From positions 8,131 through 72,130 of the forward strand of contig JBOHAM010000029.1 in the NCBI GenBank assembly GCA_050697735.1: a stretch of DNA of 64,000 nucleotides. Reading direction: 5' to 3'. Both the position numbers and the translations under genes were made by a program. Shown piece after piece: positions 46,027 through 55,292 of the stretch (its first letter is position 1; every line of letters begins with the position of its first letter). This DNA is from Gaiellaceae bacterium (GTDB lineage: Bacteria; Actinomycetota; Thermoleophilia; Gaiellales; Gaiellaceae). Under the pieces are notes generated by a model that was given only the letters and a program-made list of their open reading frames with translations, did no database searches and had not been told where the DNA came from.

Positions 46027-46956
46027 ATGCTCGACGCTCACCTCCACTCCCCGCCGTCCGGGGTCATCTCGGCGCAGCGCGTCGTCAAGCGCTACGGCCG
46101 CACCATCGCCCTGGCCGGGCTCGACGCCGAGATCGGGGCGGGGATCACCGGCCTCCTCGGCTCCAACGGTGCGGGCAAGACGACATTCCTCTCGCTCATG
46201 CTCGGCCTCCGGGCGCGGGACGAGGGCGACCTCCTCGTGCTCGGCGCCGACCCGGCGACCGCCGGTATCGAGGTGCGCGCCCGGATCGGGTACGCGCCCG
46301 AGCACCACGAGCTCCCCGCCGAGCTCGCCGCGGCCGACCTCGTCCGCCACCTGGCGGAGATGCACCTGCTCCCCCGGCGAGCGGCCGTCCAGCGCGCGAA
46401 CGACGCGCTCTGGCTCGTGGGGCTCGGCGAGGAGCGCTTCCGGCCCGTGGGCTCCATGTCCACAGGGCAGCGCCAGCGCGTGAAGCTGGCCGGTGCGATC
46501 GCCCACGACCCCGAGCTCGTGCTCCTCGACGAGCCGACCGACGGGCTCGACCCGGTGCAGCGGACGGAGATGCTCGCGCTCATCCGCCGCATCGGCTCGG
46601 AGTTCGGGATGCACATCGTCATCTCCTCACATCACCTCGAGGAGGTGGAGAAGATCTGCGACGCGGTCGTCATCGTCGAGGGCGGCGTGGTCGCCCACGC
46701 CGGCAGGCTCGACGACCTGCGCCGCGGCCCCGACGGGCTCGTCGTCGAGGTGGACGAGCGCGCGGACGAGCTCGCGGCGCTCCTGCGCGACCGCGGCCTG
46801 GACGTGACGGTCGAGGGCGAGCTGCTCCTCCTCGCCGCGGGCGACGGCGGCCACGACGCCGTCCGGGACGCTGTCGCAGAGCTCGGCGTCGGCCTGCGGC
46901 GCCTCGCGCCGCGCGGGCGGACGCTCGAGGACGTCTACCTGGGGACCGAAGCGTGA
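46027..46956 (+). CDS. ABC transporter ATP-binding protein (first of two)
   Basis: [36 protein letters not shown], plus a C-terminal regulatory-like domain. Confidence 0.85.
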   Translation: MLDAHLHSPPSGVISAQRVVKRYGRTIALAGLDAEIGAGITGLLGSNGAGKTTFLSLMLGLRARDEGDLLVLGADPATAGIEVRARIGYAPEHHELPAELAAADLVRHLAEMHLLPRRAAVQRANDALWLVGLGEERFRPVGSMSTGQRQRVKLAGAIAHDPELVLLDEPTDGLDPVQRTEMLALIRRIGSEFGMHIVISSHHLEEVEKICDAVVIVEGGVVAHAGRLDDLRRGPDGLVVEVDERADELAALLRDRGLDVTVEGELLLLAAGDGGHDAVRDAVAELGVGLRRLAPRGRTLEDVYLGTEA

Positions 46957-47828
46957 GCACGGACCAGGAGGCCCGCCTCTTCGGGCTCGGCTACCGGCGC
47001 TACGAGGGGGAACGGAGGGCGCCGTCCTCGGGGATGGCCACGCTCGCCGTCTTCACGACCCGGCGCGTGCTGGGGCTCGGGCGGCCCGCCCGCCACAAGG
47101 TGCTGCCGGCGCTCACGCTCGTCATCGCCTACGCACCGGCGCTCGTCTCGGTGGCCGTCTCGGCGCTCCTCGACGACATCCTCGAGGAAGACCTGATCAC
47201 GTACGGCGAGTACATGTTCTTCATCGGGAGCGCCCTGGCGCTCTTCTCCGCGCTCGTCGCGCCGGAGGCGCTCTGCCCCGACCGCCGCTCCGGGATGCTC
47301 GGCCTCTACCTCGCCGGGCCGCTCGACCGCAACCGCTACGTCGCCGCGAAGGGCGCGGCCGTACTCGCGGTCATGCTGGCCATCACCCTCGGGCCGCTCC
47401 TCTTCATGCTCGCCGCCTTCGTCGTCGCCGGCTATGGCCCGTCGGCGGGCGAGATCCCCGGCCTCCTCCTCCGGATGCTCGGCGTGGGCGTCGCGACCGC
47501 GCTCGGCTACGCCGCCGTCTCGCTCGCGGTCGCCAGCTTCACCACGCGACGCGCGGCGGCGGCCGTCGGCGTCGTGCTGCTGCTCTTCGTCCCCGCCATC
47601 GTCGTCAGGAGCGCGATCGATGCCGGCGCCCCGGACGCGCTCGACCTGCTCAGCTTCCCCTTCGTCGTCGGGGAGCTCTCGTACCGCATCTTCGGCGAGG
47701 AGGCCTCGGAGGGGGCGCCGATCGAGGAGCTCTCCACCTGGCTCGTCACCGCCGGCCTCGCCGCCTGGGTGGCCGCCGGCGCGCTCGTCTGCTGGCTCCG
47801 CTACCGCACGACGGAGGACTACCGGTGA
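46953..47828 (+). CDS. ABC-2-like permease / membrane component (first of two)
   Basis: The GTG start overlaps the preceding stop (GTGA). 291 aa, about 6 TMS. I recognise no specific family signature. Confidence 0.62.
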   Translation: MSTDQEARLFGLGYRRYEGERRAPSSGMATLAVFTTRRVLGLGRPARHKVLPALTLVIAYAPALVSVAVSALLDDILEEDLITYGEYMFFIGSALALFSALVAPEALCPDRRSGMLGLYLAGPLDRNRYVAAKGAAVLAVMLAITLGPLLFMLAAFVVAGYGPSAGEIPGLLLRMLGVGVATALGYAAVSLAVASFTTRRAAAAVGVVLLLFVPAIVVRSAIDAGAPDALDLLSFPFVVGELSYRIFGEEASEGAPIEELSTWLVTAGLAAWVAAGALVCWLRYRTTEDYR

Positions 47829-48751
47829 GCGCGCCCGAGCCGCGCATCGAGGCCGACAACGTCTCCAAGTGGTTCGGCGCCCTCGTCGCTGTCTCCGACG
47901 TCAGCTTCGAGGTCGGGCCCGGCGTGACGGCGCTCCTGGGGCCGAACGGCGCCGGCAAGTCGACGATGCTGCGCATGCTCTGCGGCCTCGCGCGGCCCTC
48001 CCGCGGGACGGTGCGCGTCCTCGGGCGCGATCCGCGCGGCGACGCGGGCGTCGCCCGCGCCATCGGGCTCGTGCCCCAGCAGGAGACCGTCTTCGAGCAG
48101 CTCACGGCGCGCGCCTTCATCACGCTCTCGGCCACGCTCCACGCGCTGACCGAGCCCGACGCGGCGGCGACAGCCGCGCTGGAGCGCGTGGGGCTCGACC
48201 CGGCGGACACGCGCCGGCTGGGCGCGTACTCGAAGGGGATGCGGCAGCGAGTCAAGGTCGCCCAGGGGCTCGTCCACGACCCGCCTGTGCTCGTCCTCGA
48301 CGAGCCGCTCACCGGGCTCGACCCGCGCCAGCGCGCCGACATGGTGATGCTCTTTCGCGGCCTGGGCGCCGAGGGCCGCTGCGTGATCGTCTCCAGCCAC
48401 GTGCTCGAGGAGGTCGAGCGGCTCGGCTCGCGCATCCTCGTCATGTCCCAGGGGCGGCTGGCGGCCGCCGGCGACTTCCGCGAGCTCAGGGCGCTCATGG
48501 ACGACCGGCCCCTGCGCGTGCGCGTGCTCACGGACAGGCCGCGGGAGCTCGCCGGGGCGCTCCTCGAGGGCGGGACGGTCGTCGGCGCGCGCCTGGACGG
48601 CGACCAGGCGCTCGAGCTGGACACGAACGACGCCCGCGGCCTCGCGCGCGCGCTCGCGCCCGTCGCCCGTGACCGCGACGCGAGCCTCCTCGAGGTGCGG
48701 CCGCTCGACGCCGACCTCGAGGGCGTCTTCCGCTACCTGGTGCAGCGATGA
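47825..48751 (+). CDS. ABC transporter ATP-binding protein (second of two)
   Basis: GTGA overlap with the preceding gene. [36 protein letters not shown]. Confidence 0.85.
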   Translation: MSAPEPRIEADNVSKWFGALVAVSDVSFEVGPGVTALLGPNGAGKSTMLRMLCGLARPSRGTVRVLGRDPRGDAGVARAIGLVPQQETVFEQLTARAFITLSATLHALTEPDAAATAALERVGLDPADTRRLGAYSKGMRQRVKVAQGLVHDPPVLVLDEPLTGLDPRQRADMVMLFRGLGAEGRCVIVSSHVLEEVERLGSRILVMSQGRLAAAGDFRELRALMDDRPLRVRVLTDRPRELAGALLEGGTVVGARLDGDQALELDTNDARGLARALAPVARDRDASLLEVRPLDADLEGVFRYLVQR

Positions 48752-49497
48752 GCGTCGCCGGCGTCCAGGTCCCCTCCGGACGGCCGGCCACGGCGGCCTC
48801 GCTCCTCGCCCTCTACCGCCTCCTCCTGCGCATGCAGGTGACGGTGCCCCGCCTGCTCGGGATCGGGGCCCTCGGCGCACTGGCCCTCCTCCTCGGCGTC
48901 TTCGCCCGGCTGGGAGACGACCCGCTGACCGCGGCGGCCGACGCCACCGCGGCGTACGGGCTGGGCCTCCTCGTGCCTCTCGCAGCGCTCTGGCTCGGCA
49001 CGGCGGCGATCGGAGACCTCGTCGAGGACCGCCTCCTCGTCTACCTGTGGCTGAAGCCCGTGCCGCGCTGGCAGCTCCCGGCGGCGGCGGTGCTCGCCAC
49101 CGTGACCGCCGTCGTGCCGCTCACGGCGCTGCCCCTGGCCGCCGCCACGCTCGTCGCGGGTGAGGAGGAGCTCGCCCTCCCGACGCTCGCGGCCTCCGCG
49201 CTCGCCGCCTGCGCGTACGCAGGTCTCTTCGTCGCCGCAGGCCTCTGGTTCCGGCGGGCCGTGTGGTGGGGCCTCGCCTTCATCGTCCTCTGGGAAAACG
49301 CGGGCGCCTACGCCTCCGAGGGGACGGAGCGCTTCACCGTGACGAGCTGGGCCCGCTCGCTCGTCTCCGGCGTGGACGGCGTCGAGGTCCCGCTGGACGG
49401 CCGCTCCGCAGGTGTCGCGGTGGTCGTCCTGCCCGCGATCGCCGTCGCCGGCTGGCTCGTCGCCACCTGGCGCTACCGGCGCGCCGACGTGGACTAA
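48748..49497 (+). CDS. Membrane component (second of two) of the double ABC system
   Basis: ATGA overlap with the preceding ATPase. 249 aa, about 6 hydrophobic helices. Confidence 0.6.
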   Translation: MSVAGVQVPSGRPATAASLLALYRLLLRMQVTVPRLLGIGALGALALLLGVFARLGDDPLTAAADATAAYGLGLLVPLAALWLGTAAIGDLVEDRLLVYLWLKPVPRWQLPAAAVLATVTAVVPLTALPLAAATLVAGEEELALPTLAASALAACAYAGLFVAAGLWFRRAVWWGLAFIVLWENAGAYASEGTERFTVTSWARSLVSGVDGVEVPLDGRSAGVAVVVLPAIAVAGWLVATWRYRRADVD

Positions 49498-49536
49498 GAA
49501 CCCGGTTCTAAGGGGTCGTACAGGTACCGTGGCCGC

Positions 49537-51405
49537 ATGAGGCCACGCCGGCAGGACGGTGGCGGCGGCCGCTGGAGCTTCGCCCGCGACGAGCCGCCGG
49601 AGCGCCCCGCCGACCCCGAGGTGCGGCGCGCGAACCTGCGCCGCGTCGCGCGACTCTTCCGCGCCTATCGCCGGCGACTCGCGGCGGTGCTCGCCCTCAT
49701 CTTCGCCTCGGCGCTCCTCGGCATCGTCTCGCCGTTCCTCATCCGGGACATCTTCGACGAGGCGCTGCCGGAGGACGACAACCGTCTCCTCACCCTGCTC
49801 GTCCTCGGCCTGATCGGGATCGCGGTCGTCACCGGCGTCCTCGGGGTGGCACAGACCTGGCTCTCGAACGTCGTCGGACAGCGGGTGATGCACGACCTGC
49901 GTGCCGCGGTCTACCGGCACCTGCAGCGGCTCTCCCTGGCCTTCTTCACACGCACGCGCACGGGGGAGGTGCAGTCGCGGATCGCCAACGACATCGGCGG
50001 CGTGGAGCGGGTCGTCACCTCGACGGCGACCTCCATCGTCTCGAACCTCACCACGGTCGTGGCGGCCGTGATCGCCATGTTCCTCCTCGACTGGCGCCTG
50101 GCGCTCTTCTCGCTCGCGCTCGTACCGCTCTTCGTGCTGCTGACGCGCCGCGTGGGCGAGGTGCGTCGGCGGATCACGACCGACCGGCAGCGGACGATGG
50201 CGGACATGTCGACGCTCGTCGAAGAGTCGCTCTCCGTCTCCGGAATCCTGCTCGGGAAGACGATGGGCAGAAGCGCCGAGCTGACCGACCGCTTCGAGCA
50301 GGAGTCGTCGGGGCTCGCGGGGCTCGAGGTGCGGCAGGTGATGGCGGGCCGCTGGGTGATGGCCTCGATCCAGATGAGCTTCTCGATCATGCCCGCGCTC
50401 GTCTACTGGTTCGCGGGCCAGAGCTTCGTCGGCGGGGTCACGCTCGGCACGGTCGTCGCCTTCACCACGCTCCAGACCCGGCTCTTCTTCCCGGTCGGGC
50501 AGCTGCTCTCCGTGCAGATCGACGTGCAGACGTCGCTCGCGCTCTTCGACCGCATCTTCGAGTACCTCGACCTGCCCGTGGAGATCGTCGAGCGCGAGGA
50601 CGCCGTCGACCTGCCTCCGTGCCGCGGCGACCTCGCCTTCGACGACGTCTGGTTCCGCTACGAGACGGACGGCTCCGCCGCCTGGACGCTCAGCGACGTC
50701 AGCCTCGAGGTGCCGGCGGGGACGACGACCGCCGTCGTCGGCGAGACCGGCTCGGGGAAGACGACCGTCGGTTACCTCGTCGCGCGGCTCTACGACGTCG
50801 ACCGGGGCCGCGTCACGATCGACGGCATCGACGTGCGCGGCGCCACGCTCTCGTCGCTCGCCCGCACCGTCGGGGTCGTCTCGCAGGACACCTACCTCTT
50901 CCACGCGTCGATCAAGGACAACCTCCGCTTCGCGAAGCCCGAGGCCTCCGATGAGGAGATCGAGGCCGCCGCCCGCGCCGCGCGCATCCACGACCTGATC
51001 GCGAGCCTGCCCGATGGCTACGACACGATGGTCGGCGAACGCGGCTACCGCTTCTCCGGCGGCGAGAAGCAGCGCATCGCGATCGCGCGCACGATCCTGC
51101 GGAACCCGCCCGTGCTGGTGCTCGACGAGGCGACGAGCGCGCTCGACACCCAGACCGAGCGCGCCGTCCAGGATGCGCTCGACCGCCTCGCGGCGGAGCG
51201 GACGACGATCGCGATCGCGCACCGGCTCTCGACCATTCGCGACGCCGACCAGATCGTCGTCCTCGACGCCGGCCGGGTCGTCGAGCGCGGCACGCACGAC
51301 GAGCTGCTCGCCCTCGGCGGCCGCTACGCGAGCCTCGTGGCCCGGGACGCCGACCTCGGCCCGATCGTCCGGATCCCCGTGGAGGAACCGGCTACAGAAG
51401 GATGA
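49537..51405 (+). CDS. Fused TMD-NBD ABC exporter (MsbA/type I exporter-like)
   Basis: Six-helix TMD followed by VGETGSGKTT, FSGGEKQRIAIAR and VLVLDEATSALD. 622 aa. Confidence 0.9.
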   Translation: MRPRRQDGGGGRWSFARDEPPERPADPEVRRANLRRVARLFRAYRRRLAAVLALIFASALLGIVSPFLIRDIFDEALPEDDNRLLTLLVLGLIGIAVVTGVLGVAQTWLSNVVGQRVMHDLRAAVYRHLQRLSLAFFTRTRTGEVQSRIANDIGGVERVVTSTATSIVSNLTTVVAAVIAMFLLDWRLALFSLALVPLFVLLTRRVGEVRRRITTDRQRTMADMSTLVEESLSVSGILLGKTMGRSAELTDRFEQESSGLAGLEVRQVMAGRWVMASIQMSFSIMPALVYWFAGQSFVGGVTLGTVVAFTTLQTRLFFPVGQLLSVQIDVQTSLALFDRIFEYLDLPVEIVEREDAVDLPPCRGDLAFDDVWFRYETDGSAAWTLSDVSLEVPAGTTTAVVGETGSGKTTVGYLVARLYDVDRGRVTIDGIDVRGATLSSLARTVGVVSQDTYLFHASIKDNLRFAKPEASDEEIEAAARAARIHDLIASLPDGYDTMVGERGYRFSGGEKQRIAIARTILRNPPVLVLDEATSALDTQTERAVQDALDRLAAERTTIAIAHRLSTIRDADQIVVLDAGRVVERGTHDELLALGGRYASLVARDADLGPIVRIPVEEPATEG

Positions 51406-51607
51406 GCGCCGCCGTGTCCGGCGGGCAGCCCGCCCGGCGGAGGCGAACCGCCAGGTGGAGATCGACGTCGAGGCGGAGTGCCAGCTTGAAGGCGAGCCGG
51501 TGGTCGTAGCCGGCCGCGAGCAGGCTCGCATGGCGCCACGAGAAGACCCGTTCCCCCTCGGTCGCGAGCTCTGCGAGCTCGTCGCTGATCGTGTCGATGG
51601 CAGGCAC
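51392..51607 (-). CDS. Small protein with W-R...AG.D.RLA...DLH...GCPPD..A..IL motif (paralog of 61185..61409)
   Basis: 71 aa with very G/C-rich third positions. It lies 16 nt downstream of the RND gene on the same strand. Gapless alignment to the 61185..61409 product gives 25/49 identities (hand count). Confidence 0.55.
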   Translation of the reverse strand: MPAIDTISDELAELATEGERVFSWRHASLLAAGYDHRLAFKLALRLDVDLHLAVRLRRAGCPPDTAALILL

Positions 51608-51623
51608 TTCGGCTCCTGCCTAC

Positions 51624-54600
51624 TTAGACGACCCGCGCCGGCGATTCCTTCCCGGGCTTCGCCCTCGTGCTGCCTCCGAACCGCAAGTACAGCGCGGGCA
51701 CGAGGAAGAGATTGGCGAACGTCGAGGTGACGAGGCCGCCGAGGATCACGATTGCCATCGGGTGCTCGATCTCGTGACCCGGGATGTCGCCGGCGACCGC
51801 CAGCGGCACGAGCGCGAGGCCCGTCGCCAGCGCGGTCATCAGGATCGGCGACAGGCGCTCCAGCGCCCCGCGGACAACCAGGGCGGGCCCGAACGGCTCG
51901 CCCTCGTGCCGCTCGAGATGCTGGTAGTGGTTGATCAGCAGGATCCCGTTGCGCGCGGCGATCCCGAACACCGTCAGGAAGCCGACGAGAGAGCCGAGTG
52001 AGATTGTCCCGCCGGTCGCGTAGGCGGCGAGCGCGCCGCCGACGAGCGCGAGCGGCAGCGTGAGGAAGAAGAGCGTCGCCAGGCGCCAGCTGCCGAACGC
52101 GACCTGAAGCAGCGCGAGGATCGCGACGGCGGCGGCCAGCCCGTAGAGGCGGAGGCGGCCCTCCGCCGCCTCGCGCTCGGCCGACTCACCCAGGACCTCG
52201 GCGGCGTAGCCGCGCGGCAGCTCGACGCCCGCGAGCCGTCGCTCCACGTCCGCCACGACCGAGCCGAGGTCGCGCCCGCTGACGTCGGCGCTCACGTCGA
52301 TGCGGCGCGTGACATCCTCGCGTCTGACGACGTTGGGAGTCGGGGCGATGCGGACGTCGGCAACCTCTCCGAGTGCCACCTGGCCGCCGGCGGGCGTGTC
52401 GATCGGCAGCTCGCGGATGCCGGTGAGGCTCGCCCGCGCGTCGGGTCGGCTCCAGATGTTCACGTCGAAGACCCGGGTGGGCCGCCAGATGTCGTTCACC
52501 TCGATGCCCTGGAGGAGCGCCGCCGCCGCGCGCCGCACGTCGCCGGGCGTGAGCCCGTGGCGCCCGGCCGCGGCGAGGTTCGTCTCCACCTCGACGTGGG
52601 GCACGTCCTCCTGGAGCTCCGTGTGCAGGTCGACGAGCCCGTCGACGGGCTCGAGCGCCTGCTGCACCTCGTCCGCCGACTGCCGGAGAACCTCGAGGTC
52701 GTCGCCGGAGATCCGCACGACGAGCGCCTGGCTCGCGCCCGTCAGCACCTCCCGGATCCGCTCCTTCAGGTAGGTCTGGACGTCCCGGAAGAGCCCGGGA
52801 TAGCCAGCGACCGCCTCTTGGATGGACCCGAGCGTCGCGTCGTAGTCGGCCTCGGGCGCGACGCTGACCCAGTTCTCGCCGAAGTAGACGTCCACCACCT
52901 CGTCGGCGAAGAGCGCCTGCCCGATGTGGGAGCCGCAGTTGCGGACGCCGGGGATGTCGCGCAGCTCGCGGCAGGCCAGCACCGAGATGCGCGTCTCCTC
53001 GGGCAGCGACGTCCCCGGCTTCGTGAGCCAGTGCATGAGGAAGTCGCGCTCCTTGAAGTCCGGCAGGAGCGACTGGCCGAGGAGCGGGGTGACGGCGACG
53101 CCGCCGACCGCGAGCGCCCCCGCGCCGACGAGCGCCGCGGCGGGCTTCACGATCACGCGCGAGAGGGCCGCCTCGTAGATCCGCTTCAGCGCGCGCACGA
53201 GCGGCGCGTCGCGGCGGTCGAGCGGCGCCCCTCGCAGCATGATTAGCGCAAGCGCCGGCGTGATCGTCAGCGCGACCACCATCGAGGCCAGCACCGCGAG
53301 CGCGTACGAGAGGGCCAGCGGCTCGAAGAACGCGCCGGACAGCCCCTCGAGGAAGAAGACCGGCACGATCGCGACGACGTTGATGAGCGTGGCGTAGACG
53401 ATCGGCGTCCGCACCTCGAGCGACGCCTCGAGGATCACGTGCTCGATGGAGTCGCCGCCTCCCTCTTGCCGATGGCGCCGCAGCCGGCGCCAGGTGTTCT
53501 CGATGTCGATGATCGCGTCGTCCACGACGACCCCGACCGCGATCACGAGCCCGGCCAGGACCATCACGTTCATCGTCTCGCCGCGGAGGTGCAGCACGAG
53601 CGCGGCCGCCATCAGAGAGAGCGGGATGGAGACGAGGCTGATGAAGGCCGTCCTCCACTCGAAGAGAAACGCGACCAGGATCAGCACGACGAGGATGCAC
53701 CCGATCAGGAGCGCCAGGGTCAGGTTGTCGATCGCCATCTCGATGAAGGTCGCCGGCCGGAAGATCGTGGAGTCGATTTCGATGCCCTGGAGGCCCGGGC
53801 GTAGCGCGTCGAGCGCCTCCTCCACTCCACGGGTCACCTCGAGCGTGTTCGCGCCCGGGAACTTCTCGACGATCAGCAGGAGGCCGGGGCCGTCGTTGAT
53901 CACTGCATCGCCGATCAGCGGCGGATGCCCCGTCTCGACGTCAGCGACGTCGGCCAGGCGGATCGTTCGGCCGCGACCGTCCTGGAAGCTGACCTCCGCC
54001 AGGTCCTCCGGCGCGACGACCGGGAGCACGTTCACGACCCCGAGGCGCTGGTTGGGCGTGTCGACGAAGCCGCCGGTCCCCACGAGCGCTCCAGGCGAGT
54101 AGCTGAGCAGCGGCGCGTCCAGGGCGTCGGAGGTGACCTCCATGACGCGATTCACCGAGACCCGGTGTGCGCGCAGTCGGTCGGAGTCGACGAGCACCAG
54201 CCGCTGCTCCTGGCGCTGGCCCCAGATGGCGACGTTGGCGACGCCCGGCACACGCAGCAGGCGCTGCCTGATCGTGTGGCGCGAGATGGACGACATCTCG
54301 ACCAGCGAGAGCTCGTCCGAGGAGAGGCCGATCTTCAGCACCCGGCTGGTCGACGAGAGGGGAGGCATCATGACCGGCGGCGTCGCCCAGCTCGGCAGGG
54401 AGGGCGCGATCGTCGCCAGCCGTTCCTGGACGAGCTGGCGGGCCGTCAGCAGGTCGGTTCCGCGCTCGAAGATGAGGGTGATCGAGGAGAGCTGCGGGAC
54501 CGAGCTGGAGCGGATCACGTCGAGGCCCGGCACGCCGTTGAGCTGGTGCTCGAGCGGAACCGTGACGAACTCCTCCACCTCGGTCGCCGAGAGCCCGAGC

Positions 54601-54758
54601 GTCGGCGTCTGGATCTCGACCCGCAGCGGCGCGAACTCCGGGAAGACGTCCACGCGAGCGTCCCGCCGCAGCTCCGTGACGCCGAAGGCCATCATCGCCG
54701 CCGCGGCGAGCACGACGACGAAGCGGAATCTCAGACTCGACGCGACGATCCGGCGCAT
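51624..54758 (-). CDS. RND-superfamily efflux pump (CzcA/CusA-like), copy 2
   Basis: 1044 aa. N-terminus [26 protein letters not shown]...[16 protein letters not shown]. 12-TMS / two-large-loop architecture. [11 protein letters not shown] motif. Confidence 0.9.
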   Translation of the reverse strand: MRRIVASSLRFRFVVVLAAAAMMAFGVTELRRDARVDVFPEFAPLRVEIQTPTLGLSATEVEEFVTVPLEHQLNGVPGLDVIRSSSVPQLSSITLIFERGTDLLTARQLVQERLATIAPSLPSWATPPVMMPPLSSTSRVLKIGLSSDELSLVEMSSISRHTIRQRLLRVPGVANVAIWGQRQEQRLVLVDSDRLRAHRVSVNRVMEVTSDALDAPLLSYSPGALVGTGGFVDTPNQRLGVVNVLPVVAPEDLAEVSFQDGRGRTIRLADVADVETGHPPLIGDAVINDGPGLLLIVEKFPGANTLEVTRGVEEALDALRPGLQGIEIDSTIFRPATFIEMAIDNLTLALLIGCILVVLILVAFLFEWRTAFISLVSIPLSLMAAALVLHLRGETMNVMVLAGLVIAVGVVVDDAIIDIENTWRRLRRHRQEGGGDSIEHVILEASLEVRTPIVYATLINVVAIVPVFFLEGLSGAFFEPLALSYALAVLASMVVALTITPALALIMLRGAPLDRRDAPLVRALKRIYEAALSRVIVKPAAALVGAGALAVGGVAVTPLLGQSLLPDFKERDFLMHWLTKPGTSLPEETRISVLACRELRDIPGVRNCGSHIGQALFADEVVDVYFGENWVSVAPEADYDATLGSIQEAVAGYPGLFRDVQTYLKERIREVLTGASQALVVRISGDDLEVLRQSADEVQQALEPVDGLVDLHTELQEDVPHVEVETNLAAAGRHGLTPGDVRRAAAALLQGIEVNDIWRPTRVFDVNIWSRPDARASLTGIRELPIDTPAGGQVALGEVADVRIAPTPNVVRREDVTRRIDVSADVSGRDLGSVVADVERRLAGVELPRGYAAEVLGESAEREAAEGRLRLYGLAAAVAILALLQVAFGSWRLATLFFLTLPLALVGGALAAYATGGTISLGSLVGFLTVFGIAARNGILLINHYQHLERHEGEPFGPALVVRGALERLSPILMTALATGLALVPLAVAGDIPGHEIEHPMAIVILGGLVTSTFANLFLVPALYLRFGGSTRAKPGKESPARVV

Positions 54759-54780
54759 CGTGCGAGCGACCTCCCGGGCG

Positions 54781-55275
54781 CTAGTGGTCGACCTCGAACT
54801 CGGTCCCCAGGAGCAGAGCGGCGCCGACGCTGACGACGTCGGTTCCCGCAGCGGGGCCGTCGGAGAGGAAGGCGAGCGATCCGTCGATGCGCTCGACCTC
54901 GATAGGAGCCCTGACGAACGCCAGCGGCTCAGGGCTCGTGTAGACCCAGGTCCGTCCGTCCGTGTCGTAGAGCACGGACGAGTACGGGACGACGGCCTGC
55001 GGCGGCGCGCCGCCGGCTCCCGGAGCCTCCCGTACCGGAGTCGTCTCCAGCCCGATGCGCTCGGCCGCGCGCTCGGTCAGGCGAACGCGCACGATGGTCG
55101 TCCCCTCGAGCGGCTCCAAGACGGCGGGCCCGGCGGCGCTCTCCACCTCTTCCCCGGATGCCTGCGTCCCCCACCAGAGGGCGAGGACGCCGACGACCAT
55201 GAGCGCCGCGCCGATCGACGTCAGGACGGAACGGCGAGTGCCGAGCCGCGTCGCGATGTCGCTCTTCCCCGCCAC
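54781..55275 (-). CDS. Minimal membrane-anchored adaptor (MFP beta-barrel-like region only)
   Basis: 164 aa. TM VLTSIGAALMVVGVLALWW. VRLTERAAERIGLETTPV and AVVPYSSVLYDTDGRTWVYTSPEPLAFVRAPIEVERIDGSLAFLSDGPAAGTDVVSVGAALLLG resemble the N- and C-terminal strands of RND adaptors. There is no room for lipoyl or alpha-hairpin domains. Confidence 0.6.
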   Translation of the reverse strand: MAGKSDIATRLGTRRSVLTSIGAALMVVGVLALWWGTQASGEEVESAAGPAVLEPLEGTTIVRVRLTERAAERIGLETTPVREAPGAGGAPPQAVVPYSSVLYDTDGRTWVYTSPEPLAFVRAPIEVERIDGSLAFLSDGPAAGTDVVSVGAALLLGTEFEVDH

Positions 55276-55292
55276 CTGCAGACCTCCGATCT

